Assembly (NCBI GenBank): GCA_049999805.1
Contig: JBNGIO010006163.1
Span: forward strand, 64,107 to 128,106
Direction of reading: 5' to 3'
Length of the DNA stretch: 64,000 nucleotides
Source: Folioceros fuciformis
Taxonomy: Eukaryota
Under the pieces are notes generated by a model. It had not been told where the DNA came from. It saw only the letters and a program-made list of their open reading frames with translations, and did not search any database. Position 1 is the stretch's first letter, and every line of letters begins with the position of its first letter. Position numbers and translations under genes: made by a program. Of the stretch, positions 1-11,310 are shown in pieces.

Positions 1-544
1 TAGCAACAAGCACAAGTCAAACAGCTTCTTGGACACTGGTGGTAGGTAGGCCTTTTGTTATTCCACATCATGACATTTTGGAAGCAGAAGGTAGTTTTGA
101 AAATGATATTCGAAGGGGCTAGTACCTTTTTGGCCTTGCTCGGGTTGTTTCTCCTATCTTCGGAGTATATAGGACTTTCCATTTCTTTTTCAATAATAGA
201 AAATAACCCAATGTTACTAGCAAATTTGGTTAAAGATCTCTATGGACAACATTAGCCTCATGTAAAACTCTAGATCATCAACCAATAGATTATCAAATTA
301 TTATTATTATTTTTACAAAGAAAAATTCTAATTAATTACGTTGGCTTCTGAAAAGCCTTCTGAAGATACAAAGAAGACTCTACCATTTGGGGAGGATCAT
401 AGCATGATCTTCACCCCTCATTGTAGAGTAGATTACCTAAAGATATGAGTACAACCTCATTCAAGATTCACATATGCGTTACCCTCCCTTGCCTTTTGAG
501 AGAACATTGACCTCCTTCAAACCAAAAAAATCACTGGAACTTAC

Positions 545-3300
545 TATTCCCAAGGGCACGTGTGATTCCAATGTCCGTCATTTCCTTGACCTTGAAAACC
601 AGCCACCCTCCACTCTTTCCGCTTAAATTGGTGCTAACGTGCCCTTCTAAAACCTTCTGCTGCAATCAATAGTTGCTCCCAAATGTGCTAAAGTAAGACC
701 TTAGGGAACTCCGACTCCTTTCTCCCATAGACAACTGACGACCAATTGAGCAACAGGCAAGAAAGGCAGGTAGACCATAGCAAGCCCCACCATTGAGTCT
801 GAAGCAGTAGCTTGCCCGAGACAGTATCTAGCCCATAAAGCGTTGTTTGTTCTGTGACCCTGAGGTTAGCGTCAGGAAGGATCCTCTACAACCATTTGTC
901 AATCTCCCTCCAGACCTCCTGAGCAAAGTTGCAATGAAAAAACATGTGCTGACTTTTGTTAGGGGCTCCAACACTACACAACTGACACACCTCCTCACCT
1001 GTTGCAACTAATAAACCATCTCATCTATCCGCGTTAGGCAAACACGCTTGAAAGAAGCTCCAGACTATCAGCCTAACCTTGGGGGGTATACCAGCCGATT
1101 CTCATAAAAGCTTGATTGCTTCCCTTTTCGGCCGCACAGAAAGTCGTAACGTAGGGGCCATTGGCTTGCGTTGGCTGATTTTCTATGCCTGCACCATCCA
1201 AAGGTGCAAGTACGCTATTGGGAAATTGAAGAAAGACTGAGAGCCTGCCTCCTTGTTCCCTTGGCGTAGAGGACAATAGAAGAGGTCTGGTCTTAGCGCC
1301 AATGCCCAGTTCTCTGCAAGGCGGAACTAACATCGTATCCTTGGCTTGTTTGGGATCTGTGACACGCTAGGAACCTCGTCTTGCGTACACCATTGCCCTG
1401 CTCAAATAGATCTAGAAAGGACTGTAATCGCCCTCAAATTCCTATTTCGTACCCCACCTTCATCTCTACCCTGGCCATCTAGTATCCCTTCCGACGATAG
1501 GACCTTGAAGGACCACACTTGCTCTTTGTTAGTTGTAGACAAAACCCACAACCTCCTATCCAACTCCACATTTTTTGCCTGTTCTTTCACCTCGAACTCC
1601 TCTCCCTTGCTATCCAAAGAATACGCCCACCAGCCCTCGGTGGCTATAGTAGGTTGTTGCAACAACGCCTGTTTTACCATACAATCTAACCCCTCTTGCA
1701 ACCATGAAAAAAGGAATCTGCCATGCCGAGCCGACCACCCTAAACCCTTCCAACATGACTTTGACTTATTCCACATGTGGCCTAATTGAATTACACCTTT
1801 ACGGCCAGACAAACCAAAAACATCTTGGCTACTAGATCCACCAACCCGAGACCTCCCAAGCGCCCAGATTGAATAATGTGCTGCCAAGCGACTTTGGACA
1901 CCCCATAAACTGTGTCCCCATATCTGCTCCACAGAAATGCGGTCTAAACCTGTTATAGCCTCTTCACATCCATCTTGGAAGGAGACCAGAGAAACACATA
2001 ATAACAGAGGGAAGCTAAAAGAATGTGGTTAATTACCACCATCCTATCGGCAAAGTTGAACTCCAACAGTCGTAGGCCCAAGGATTTTTGAATGAATTTG
2101 AAGCATACAAATTTTCCTATCTCCCCGTTATCATCACCCTCTTGAAAGGGGAGCCCCAAATACTTGTGAGTAGAGCCTGGCAAAACCCTTTTGATGCGGC
2201 TAATGCACTAAGGTGGCTCCCCTACCATATTTAAGCATATCATGCGGGTCTTACTCCAATTGACCTTGCAGCCTGATAGCTTGCTAAAGACCTTGACCTG
2301 TTGGAGCTTGGCATTTAACGAAGCTTCTACCGCCGAGGAGAAGAGGAGAGTGTCGTCCGCGAACATTGAAACCCATAACTGCAACCCATTTGGGTTCTGA
2401 ATGCCAACAATTACAGGGTGCTGTATAACTGCGCGCAATAGAAAATCCGTAACAATAAGGAACAAGAAAGGGGCTAAGGGACATCCTTGTCATACCGACC
2501 GATTGATGCCAAAATGTTCGGCGAAAGAACCATTTCCTTCGACCTTGGCACCTCCGTCTTCACATAGGATAGCAATCCACCTGCAGAAGTTGTTTCCAAA
2601 CCCAAAACTACGGAGGCATCTCCACAAGAAATCCTACTCAATGGATTCATAAGCCTTACAAAAGTCTAGCGGAGTGAAGACTGCTAATTTCTTTTGTACC
2701 TGGATATTATACTTGGCTCCTCGCAAAAAGTAGTAAGTTGTCCAGAATACACCTATTTTGAATGAAGCCCTACTATTCTTTTTCAATCCATTCATCTAGA
2801 AGAGGTCAGATGCGATTAACGAGAACCTTCACGATCACCTTGTAAGTTGTGGTGAGCAAAGTGATTGGATACCAATTGGAAATTGACAAACTCGCATCTT
2901 GCTTAGGTAGCAGAGAGAGGACGCCCAAATTGAATGCCTTGCCCATACTACCTTTCTCCCAAATTTGGTTCACTGTCTCCATGAATAAAGGCTCCACAAA
3001 CTCCCACCCCCGAAGCTGGAATTCTAGGGAGATATTGTCATGTCCAGGGGATTTATTCCTTGGCATCCCCTTCAGTGCTTGGAAATTATTAAATTAGCTA
3101 TTGATTGGACTCAAAGATTTGCGATGTTGTGCATCAACTATCTCTAAGAGGTTTTAAATGAGCCTAGAGTAAGGAGCGTTGTCTTAGCCTCCTTTATCAA
3201 ATCCTTGCTTTGATAGCAACCCAAGTACATACTGCCCTTCCCCTCCTCTAGCCTCTCATAGATCTCTCATATCACTTGGATCGTCTAAAGAGTTGGGTCA
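545..3300 (-). mobile_element. Degenerate L1-type LINE ORF2 (reverse transcriptase plus zf-RVT), with many stops and frameshifts
   Basis: Minus-strand fragments MPRNKSPGHDNISLEF...YPITLLTTTYKVI (2806-3066), SMFADDTLLF...SGCKVNWSKT (2208-2465, catalytic FADD) and HKYLGLPF (1953-2183), plus a CxxC...HMFFHC zinc finger near 920-990. Ends are approximate. Confidence 0.88.
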
Positions 3301-3929
3301 ATTTCGATTTGCTAGGACCGCATTCTCCCTTCCACATAAGCAAACTTAAATTGTTTGCGAATGTTTGGAAATGTTGTCCAAATGTTCTAGCAAGTTGGAA
3401 GATTGCCATTGCTCTACCAAATCCTCCATGCCCTTGAGGTAGGGGATGAAGTTTGAGTGGCTCTATGCTTTGACGTTGGACTCCATGAACTTCCAAGTAG
3501 TTTTTACCCCCATAAATTTCCATTATGGCTGCTTGCTTGGGATTCTGGTCGCCACTAAGGGTATGCAATACTAAGAGCCAACAAAACAAAAAAGAAAAGG
3601 AGAGCAAGAGAGGTTAGAGAAGAAGAAGAAGTGGAGTGAATGGTAGTGGAAGGGGAAGTAAAGGGAGCATTATGGGTCGTAGAGGGCCTGCAGTGAGAAA
3701 GCGAGACATCTGGAAGTGGGAGAGGAAGACGGTAGGAAGGCATGAGACAAATGATGGTGTGGAGAGGTGGCATGAGGCTAGAGTATGCTCGCACCGGGCA
3801 TAGTTTAGCAATGACTTGTCCTCCCCCTGCCCCTGCAACTTGGTCCATAGTATTTCCACGTTAGTACTACGCTCCAACTACTTCCCAAGCCTTACTCTCT
3901 ACTGGCAGTTGTCCTTTGATGGCTTGGCT

Positions 3930-4280
3930 AATTTGACATCTAATAATGTTTGTACCATCAATTTGTCAATTCATCGTTAAGCACACGTACTAGAGTATCC
4001 CTTGACTTCCCTTGGTTCTTGGTATGTTAACAACGCTGGTGGGCGTCTAGAATTTACCCAATTGGCAATTAGTTAAACTTGTGTCTAATGGTTATCCTTT
4101 AATGACTCAGCTAAGTTGGCATCTAAGTGTGTTCATATTGTCAATTTGCTAATTCATCTTCAAGTACACCTATTGGAGTATTTCCCTGCTTTCGTTGTTT
4201 CTTGGTCTATTAACAAGGCCGGTGAGGATCTAGAATCCGCCCGATCGGTAATTAGTTGAACTTGCGTCTGGCGATTTTCT
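3930..4280. repeat. Diverged ~185-bp tandem duplication
   Basis: The block aattcatc-ttaagcacac-tagagtat...ttcttggtatgttaacaacgctggtg...tctagaat...aattagttaaacttgtgtct recurs with mismatches about 185 bp downstream. Confidence 0.7.
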
Positions 4281-4516
4281 CCAGAGAAACATAAAGCTGA
4301 ACAATAAATCAAGAAACCACTTTATTGGGATTAGTCCAAAACTAATGCAAAATTTAATGCTTTATAATAATGAGGATCTATTAAAATTGTGGCCTTCCTT
4401 GTACATTCAAATGTGTCAATCCCTTTCCACCTCCTCCGCGATAATCATGTGTACTTAAAGTGGCTTTACATTTGATTTGGAAGAAAAAATAGGTGTCATA
4501 GTTAGCAATAAGAAGT

Positions 4517-4825
4517 ATGGAAGGTAAGAATGAAGACCACACTACAAGCAAGGGGAGTCAAGGGCATTATTGGTGGCTCTATCCCTACACTTGATCCCTC
4601 TAAACCAAAGGGAGAGAAGGACAAATGAAACCATGGAAATGATGTCTTAATAGCCCTTTTAATAGGTGCTTTGTTTGAAAACCTCATTCCTGAATTTGAA
4701 TACTTTACAAAGGCTAGTGAAATATGGAATCAACTCATTCGTACATATCAAGTTCTAAATGTACTAACACTATACATTGTGAGACGAGAGTTTTAACCGT
4801 TTGAAAATGAGGCAAGGAGATAAGT
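4517..4825 (+). mobile_element. Ty1/Copia gag (UBN2-like) remnant
   Basis: Hand translation gives VWKVRMKTTLQARGVKGIIGG...EKDK*...KASEIWNQLIRTYQ...RREF* then a frameshift to LKMRQGD. This is a typical Copia gag N-terminus, with stops. Confidence 0.7.
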
Positions 4826-4851
4826 TTCTAAGGCATAGCAAACAGTCCATA

Positions 4852-4970
4852 GCTTGCTTTGGCTCCACATCTAGGCTTGCTTTGGCTCCACATCTAGGCT
4901 TGCTTTAGCTCCACATCCATGCTGGCTTTGGCTCTACATCTAGGCTTGCTTTGGCTCCACATCCATGCTT
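4852..4970. repeat. 23-bp tandem repeat, 5 copies
   Basis: GCTTGCTTTGGCTCCACATCTAG, five near-identical adjacent copies with no spacers. Confidence 0.9.
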
Positions 4971-5358
4971 CCTTTGAAGCAGTGAGGGGTCACAATCCTG
5001 ATCTCAAAAGTTTTAAGATCGATAGCATGAGAAGAGAAAAAAAAAGTTGTGTGTTCCATAATCGGTGCACAACGTTGATTATGGTAGAAGAACAAGATTT
5101 TGTAGAATAGGAACATATAGCTAGCGACATGGACCATAGAAGATGTGTGGAATTGTAGAAGATGCATAAAGACTGTGGGATGTTGGCAGGACAGGGTCAA
5201 GTGGAAGGGAGAACCTCTCGAGGAGGGTTGAGGCCTATCACAATGCTCCACCGCACCATTCGGGCTGGGCGATGGTGAGTGGAGACAGAACATCCTATGG
5301 GGCTCACTCACGCATGTTACTCCCCTACATCAGTCTTGGTTCAAGTTGGTGGAGAATT

Positions 5359-5814
5359 GGCAATGTACCATGCAATGTACCATGCAACCAGACATGTTCT
5401 TGTGGCAATGTACCATGCNNNNNNNNNNGGCAATGTACCATGCAACCAGACATGTTCTTGTGGCAATGTACCATGTGGCAATGTACCATGCAACCAGACA
5501 TGTTCTTGTGGCAACCAGACATGTTCTTGTGGCTTGCGCACCTAGGTAGCTCTTGTGGCTTGCGCACCTAGGTAGCTCTTGTGGCTTGCGCACCTAGGTA
5601 GCTCTTGTGGCTTGCGCACCTAGGTAGCCAACATGATTGCACCCAATCCTTATTCAATTACCACCTAGGTAGCCAACATGATTGCACCCAATCCTTATTC
5701 AATTACCACAAAGTAGACAGCTTGCGCACCTAGGTAGCCAACATGATTGCACCCAATCCTTATTCAATTACCACAAAGTAGACATATACGACTGGTTGGT
5801 TTGGTTGGTTTGGT
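5359..5814. repeat. Compound minisatellite containing an N gap
   Basis: GGCAATGTACCATGCAACCAGACATGTTCTTGT units, then 26-bp GGCTTGCGCACCTAGGTAGCTCTTGT x~4, then ~45-bp CTAGGTAGCCAACATGATTGCACCCAATCCTTATTCAATTACCAC x3, then TGGT(T) repeats. Confidence 0.9.
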
Positions 5815-6119
5815 CGTAAAGGAATTGTCAATAGGATCGACTCCAATCTACGTGCAAGTGTAGGAGAGGAGAGAAGAGAGGGTGGTATTGGTGATCACAA
5901 CCATGAAAACAATACACATCACCACTGTCTTACTATGGAGGTCTGAGGTCTCCATTTAAGTAGTACATTTAGGGCTACACAACTTCCAGGTTCAATATGG
6001 GATAATCTACACTATCCTAAGTTCACTAATAACTAGAACTAGTCTAGTATGAACCCAACTGGGATAACTAACACCACATGAGTTTAGCTCATATAGAGCT
6101 CGATAACTCAACAGGAATT

Positions 6120-6750
6120 CCCTGCGCAAACCTATGGTTACGAGGCTAAGACTCTCAACACTCCGGCAGCAAGTTGCAGTCAACCTTTTATGGTCAACTA
6201 TTGGTATCCTCCCTAAGGTCACGCTTTTAGTTTGGAGTTTCTTTCAAGCTTGTCTGCTAACAGCCGATAGATGGGATGGGCTATTAGCACCAGCAGGGGA
6301 GGGATTCTGTAGGATGTGCACTCTGCTCGTACCCAATAAAAGTGAACATTTGTTCTTTTGGTGCGATTACGCGCAAGTAGTATGGAGGGAGGTGAGAAGG
6401 TGGCTTTTATGCCTCTTCCTAAAGTCCAACGCTCTTATCACAGAATAGACTGCTCTCTTTGGCCTTGACAAAGCTACCAGCAAACCTCTCTTCCAACAAC
6501 AACGGTGGGGTTTGGTGTGGGGCTCCTATCTCTCTAGCCTTTGGTTCAACTGGATGGCGGTGGTTTATGGAGGGAAAGATCCAATGTCAGTTAAGTCTTT
6601 GCTTTGGTGAATTTGGGAGCACGTTTTCATATTGGTCGAAGAGAGAGAGTGGCTAACCCCCGCAAATTCAAGAGCAAGGATTGGAGGTAAGTTGGCCTCC
6701 TCACTATGGGGAAAGAAGTGATGTGGAACCACTCGTGCCCTTGGAGAGGG
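6120..6750 (+). mobile_element. 3' fragment of a related LINE (zf-RVT region), opposite orientation to the first
   Basis: LVWSFFQACLLTADRWDGLL...CRMC...KSEHLFFWCDYAQVVWRE. It aligns by eye with the minus-strand translation of 900-1075 and shares the 3' TGGAA(C/T)CAC(T/A)CGTGCCCTTGG end motif. Confidence 0.8.
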
Positions 6751-7416
6751 TGAAGCACTCTCATGATACTCCTTAGTTGACTTGTGGCGTGGGTTGATTT
6801 GTTGCTGAATCCTTATCCACACTTAGGTTTAGTGCATTCTGCTTTGGTATCCAGCCTAGGCAGTGATAACAAGTGACCTGCTTTAGCCACATCCAATCTT
6901 TGTTCTCATCTCCGAGCATGATGTTTCTTAATCTGAATTTTCTTCGACGAAATAAAATAAAGACTATAGTGGGAAAAAAGATCTCTTTGTGCCTCTTGTT
7001 AGGATCGCTATTCCATAAGAGCCATAGTATTCCGTGGTATTCCATAGCGGCGATGTTTGATGTGTTTTGAGGGAAGAAAACGATCACAGCCATGTGTCAC
7101 GTGTCGAGAAAATAAAATAAAATAAATCTGACATCGCCCTATGTCGTCTCTGGTATGCCATGCCTTTGAACTCCCACAACTCTCTTTCAAACAAATCATA
7201 AAGACTGTCACAAAAATGTTATCAATTGGGGTTGTCAGACTGGTTACTCATGATGGGTGCAGGTCTACTTTTCTCTTCTTTAAATGTGGTTCCGGACCAA
7301 AAAGCCTATGTAGGTACGAGCACAAAAAAACTATACAGATCTGTCATCCAAATCGGGTAGTCAGGTTGGGTTGGTAGTTTTCTCTTGAAATCGCAATTCC
7401 AGATCTTCCCGCAACA

Positions 7417-10148
7417 CTACCGATGCGCATGCTCGATGTTGAATGGCCTGTGTCTGAAATTTAGCATCTCCTTGCAGCTGACAGCACATCGCTTTGTTAA
7501 CATGCCCGTGAACGTATTTGCTATCAATCGATCACAGACTGATATTCCGTTTTGCAACCCAGGACAGGTACCATATCCCAATCTCGCTGTGGGATGCTCT
7601 GCCACATTTGTCATGAGCTGCAGAGAAGGGGCAGAGACTGTCAGAGTGTAGGTAGATAAAGAAGCATGTTCAGGTAGGGAAGTCGTAATTAAGAGGAACC
7701 GACCTCGAGTATGTTCAGACACAGTCTTTCGTCCAACTCGTCCATGAGATTCACGCAAACAGGGACGCCATTTTCAGTTATAAAGGCTTTCTTGCCATCA
7801 ATATCAATGGTCATGCTGCAGACACAAAGACAGCTCCCTTATTAGATTCTTCAGTACAAGGGGACTCTTTTCTTCACATGTTGATAGAAGAAAAAACTTG
7901 TAACGTAGTCAACAACAGAGCTGCCGATCCATGACCCTGAAACTTTTGAACGTGGCATCCCAAGATCCATCTTCAAACACCAATTCATGAGCACCGAAGT
8001 GACCTCTGATGTGTAGGGCATACCTCATCAGGGCTCCAGCAGCCAACGCCTGCACACGCGGTTCTATGTCATCAAGTAATGGGATAAGAATCTTGACGGC
8101 TTTGTTTGCAACAGCTTGAGCCTTTGCGCTCTTGTCCATGCTGCAGGCATCCACAAGTTAAGGTGCATCAGAACACAACGCACAGGAGCTGCGTTGGAAG
8201 AACATATTCGTCAGAATCCAGCTTCATAGAGATGAATGGTGGGCAAACCAGAGGAGGCATAAAAACTGGGCAGCCGATTCCTTCACAGATGGGTCGAGGT
8301 GGGCAAGATGTCGAATAGAACTCAGTACGGCATTTGCTTTAAGAAGTTGTGACAGTGCTTCGTTATCCGTGCCTGTGTCAAGACACTTTGAGAGAAGATC
8401 CAATCCAAGAATGAGGCAAGTTTTCTCCCTTTCTTCATCCACCTTCTTCAAAAAGAATTCCAATGTGGTTCCATCATTCACCAACTCCTTCCTCACTGCA
8501 CATTAACAACGTACATGAGCTGTTTCAGAATATGGAGGCTTCCGTTGTGTAAGACACAGAGGGCTTTCTAGCTAGCATGCATTTGCCTAACCCAGGCTAC
8601 CATGGGAAAAGTAAGAAGCCCTCCTCTGATGCTGGCAGTAAGTACCTATTTCGTAATGTGCAGCCTCCAATAAAGCATGAAAAGCATTCGTCCTTAAAGT
8701 GGTATCGTTGTCTTTAAGCTTTCAGAGTACAGGACATATGCAGCCTTGCTTATTATGGATGAAAACATACTAAAGCCGCCTACAGTGCTTTGCGAGAAGC
8801 TCAAGACTACTGACTTGCAAGCTCGAATCCAGGGTATCCTTACAGACACTAGACTGACGTGCGACTGTCACTTTACGCCCAGCACAACTCTCACAAGACC
8901 ACTACAGCAGCATGCCCACAAATCGTCAGAGACTGTTCCCCGTCAAATCTTGTTACCATGTGCACAAGACCCTGAATTGCACCTAGACGGGATGCCTCTA
9001 TAGCTCCGACCTTGCGCACTGCACCACACACAACAGCCCTATGAGTAACAAGAATTCATTCCCACTGACCAGTTGTACATACAAGCACTGCGAAACAGAG
9101 AGAACCTGTGATGTATCGAAAGCAGAGAGCAAGCTGCTGCCGAATGAAAAGGTCCTCCTCCCTGAACATTCTGGCAAGAATCGCCACAATACCTGTCGGT
9201 CAAACTATCAATATCACGAAGCATTATTTAACATACACAATGGCTTTCCATCCCGTAGAATGAGAACAGGAGGCCCTGAAAATTTTCGAAAATGCAGGCA
9301 AACCACATCCGTGGCCATACCAGCTGCAAAGCATCGAGAACAGTCTTCTGGTACCGAAAGAAGCTCAACAGCCCAGACCATGGCCTTCTGACGGACTATA
9401 AGATCCCTGTGCTTAAGAACCCTCACCTACAAATATCTTCACACCACAGCACCTCAGTTAGCACATAGACAAGGCGCCCCAACTGCTGCTCCCGCCATCC
9501 TGCTATCAAAATCCAGCTAAACGTTACCATCTTGGAGAACATGAAGTTCCCAAACGCTTCGGTGACCATAATTGGCGGCTGCGGCTTGGGATCCTTCTGC
9601 GCCTGGTGTTCCCAGATTTTATGCCCGTGCAACTCATACCGACGCAGAGGATAGAGCTCATCAGACTCGATCGTGTTCACATACGTTTTCATTGTATCAC
9701 TCCGGATCTGAGAATCTGCCCTCTCCCAGCCATGATGCCCCGCCATCATCCGGTCCTCCGGCCCCAGCACATCGGGAAACCCTTTCTTCACTACAATAAA
9801 CTCCTTCTTCTTCACAGGAGCCTCCCCGGAAACCTCACTGGATTTGGACGATGAGCCGCCAAGACTGTCCTTCTTCTTCTCCGCACCTTTGCGTTTGGCA
9901 GCCTTTTCTTTCGTGCGCGCCGGGCTGGGTGCAGACGCCTCCTTGGGCTCCGCTCGGGAACGTTCTGCCGCCATACCGGCATCTTGAGCGGGCTTGGCAG
10001 GCTCTGCCACCGCCGGATTCGCAGATTCAAGTACAGCAGGCTTGGCAGGCTCCGGTGGAGGTTGTCCGGCGGGAGCGACGGCGGGATCGGCCACTTTGGG
10101 GGCCTCCGGTTGCTTGGAGACGTCAGCCGGGGGCTTGGAATCCGCCAT
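7417..10148 (-). CDS. RSP14: Radial spoke protein 14-like armadillo-repeat protein (multi-exon)
   Basis: Exon 1 (10148-9528) ends VTEAFGNFMFSKM. Exon 2 (9426-9321) reads VRVLKHRDLIVRQKAM. Further ARM exons: GIVAILARMFREED, LIPLLDDIEPRVQALAAGALM, ITIDIDGKKAF, TNVAEHPTAR. GT-AG junctions were checked for the first exons. Confidence 0.75.
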
Positions 10149-11310
10149 GTCTGGCTTCTGGAAGCTTTGAGCAGAATTGGTGGGTTCCAGTCATAGACCT
10201 GCCGGCCGAAGAGCGTTTGAGTGACGCGAGCAGTGTCACGTGACACAGGCCACGCAACTCTTCCTCCTCGACGGTTAATAGTAGGTGGCTACCTAACAAC
10301 CAACAACTACCTTCCTGGGACCTCGAACTTGACACTTCATTTTTGTGTCTAGTCGCTACCCACCTTCCTACTACTCGTTTCGTCAAGGCCATTGCTTTTA
10401 TCTTTCCCTAACTTTTATCAAAAGTTTTCACACCTAATACCCCTACTACGTGGTGTATAGGTCGATGGGGAAGGGCGATTAGCACCAAATGCCCTCAACT
10501 TGGATGCTAGGTAGACATTTTCTTCTCCTTGATTTTGAGATCCAATATGTGAAAAGGAGAGAGAAAATTATCTATTAATTTCACAGGCCTCCAGCCAAGG
10601 GCTTACTTCTGGATGGCTCACTCTAAGTGTACCTCATGTTGCACTAATTTTTTCTTGGGGTCAGTATGATAGAAAAGGTTACCTATCCTGCTGGCCTAAG
10701 CATGCACACTTGTTGTTTTCCCACCACCACTTTTTGTAGGTGCAATGAATATTGGTGATCACCAATAGTCATTAGTGAACACCCATAGTCTAAAGAAAGC
10801 ATACACGAGAAAGGGGGATACTGAGCCCAACTCTTGTGCAAGTGGTGAGCCTTTGAATAGTCTTGACTAACTAAGAGATATCCTCGACCACTTTCTTTTT
10901 TCTTATGAGTCTCAATGGCAAGGGGATGAAGGTGTGCCCACCCTACAAGGTAGAGTATTGGGAACCCTTTGCTATATAGTGCATTCCTTAACCCACCAAG
11001 AATGTGTCAGAATGAAGGTTGACAAAATGTTATTTGTTATTCCTTCTCTTATGCTTAAATTGAAGTTAGAAATTATTATAATATTCACATAGAAGCATGT
11101 AATGAGATCCATTTTTTTTTACTATGCATATATGCACATCAAACCTTTGTCCTACATTCAAGCTCTATCTACCATTCAACAAATATTCTTAAAAATATTC
11201 ATCTATGTATAGTATCTTTTAATTTTTTAGAGATAAATAGATGATTCTAGTTGTATAGATCATTTATTTATTTTAAAATAAAAAATCATTATAATACATT
11301 AATGTAAAAG

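Noticed and set aside
5272..5593. Cys-rich metallothionein-like ORF (CNQTCSCGNVPC)
   Set aside because: Translation of a minisatellite that is open in all six frames and spans an N gap.
4852..5782. Short direct repeats as a CRISPR array
   Set aside because: Units are adjacent with no unique spacers, there are no cas genes, and the context is eukaryotic and intron-containing.
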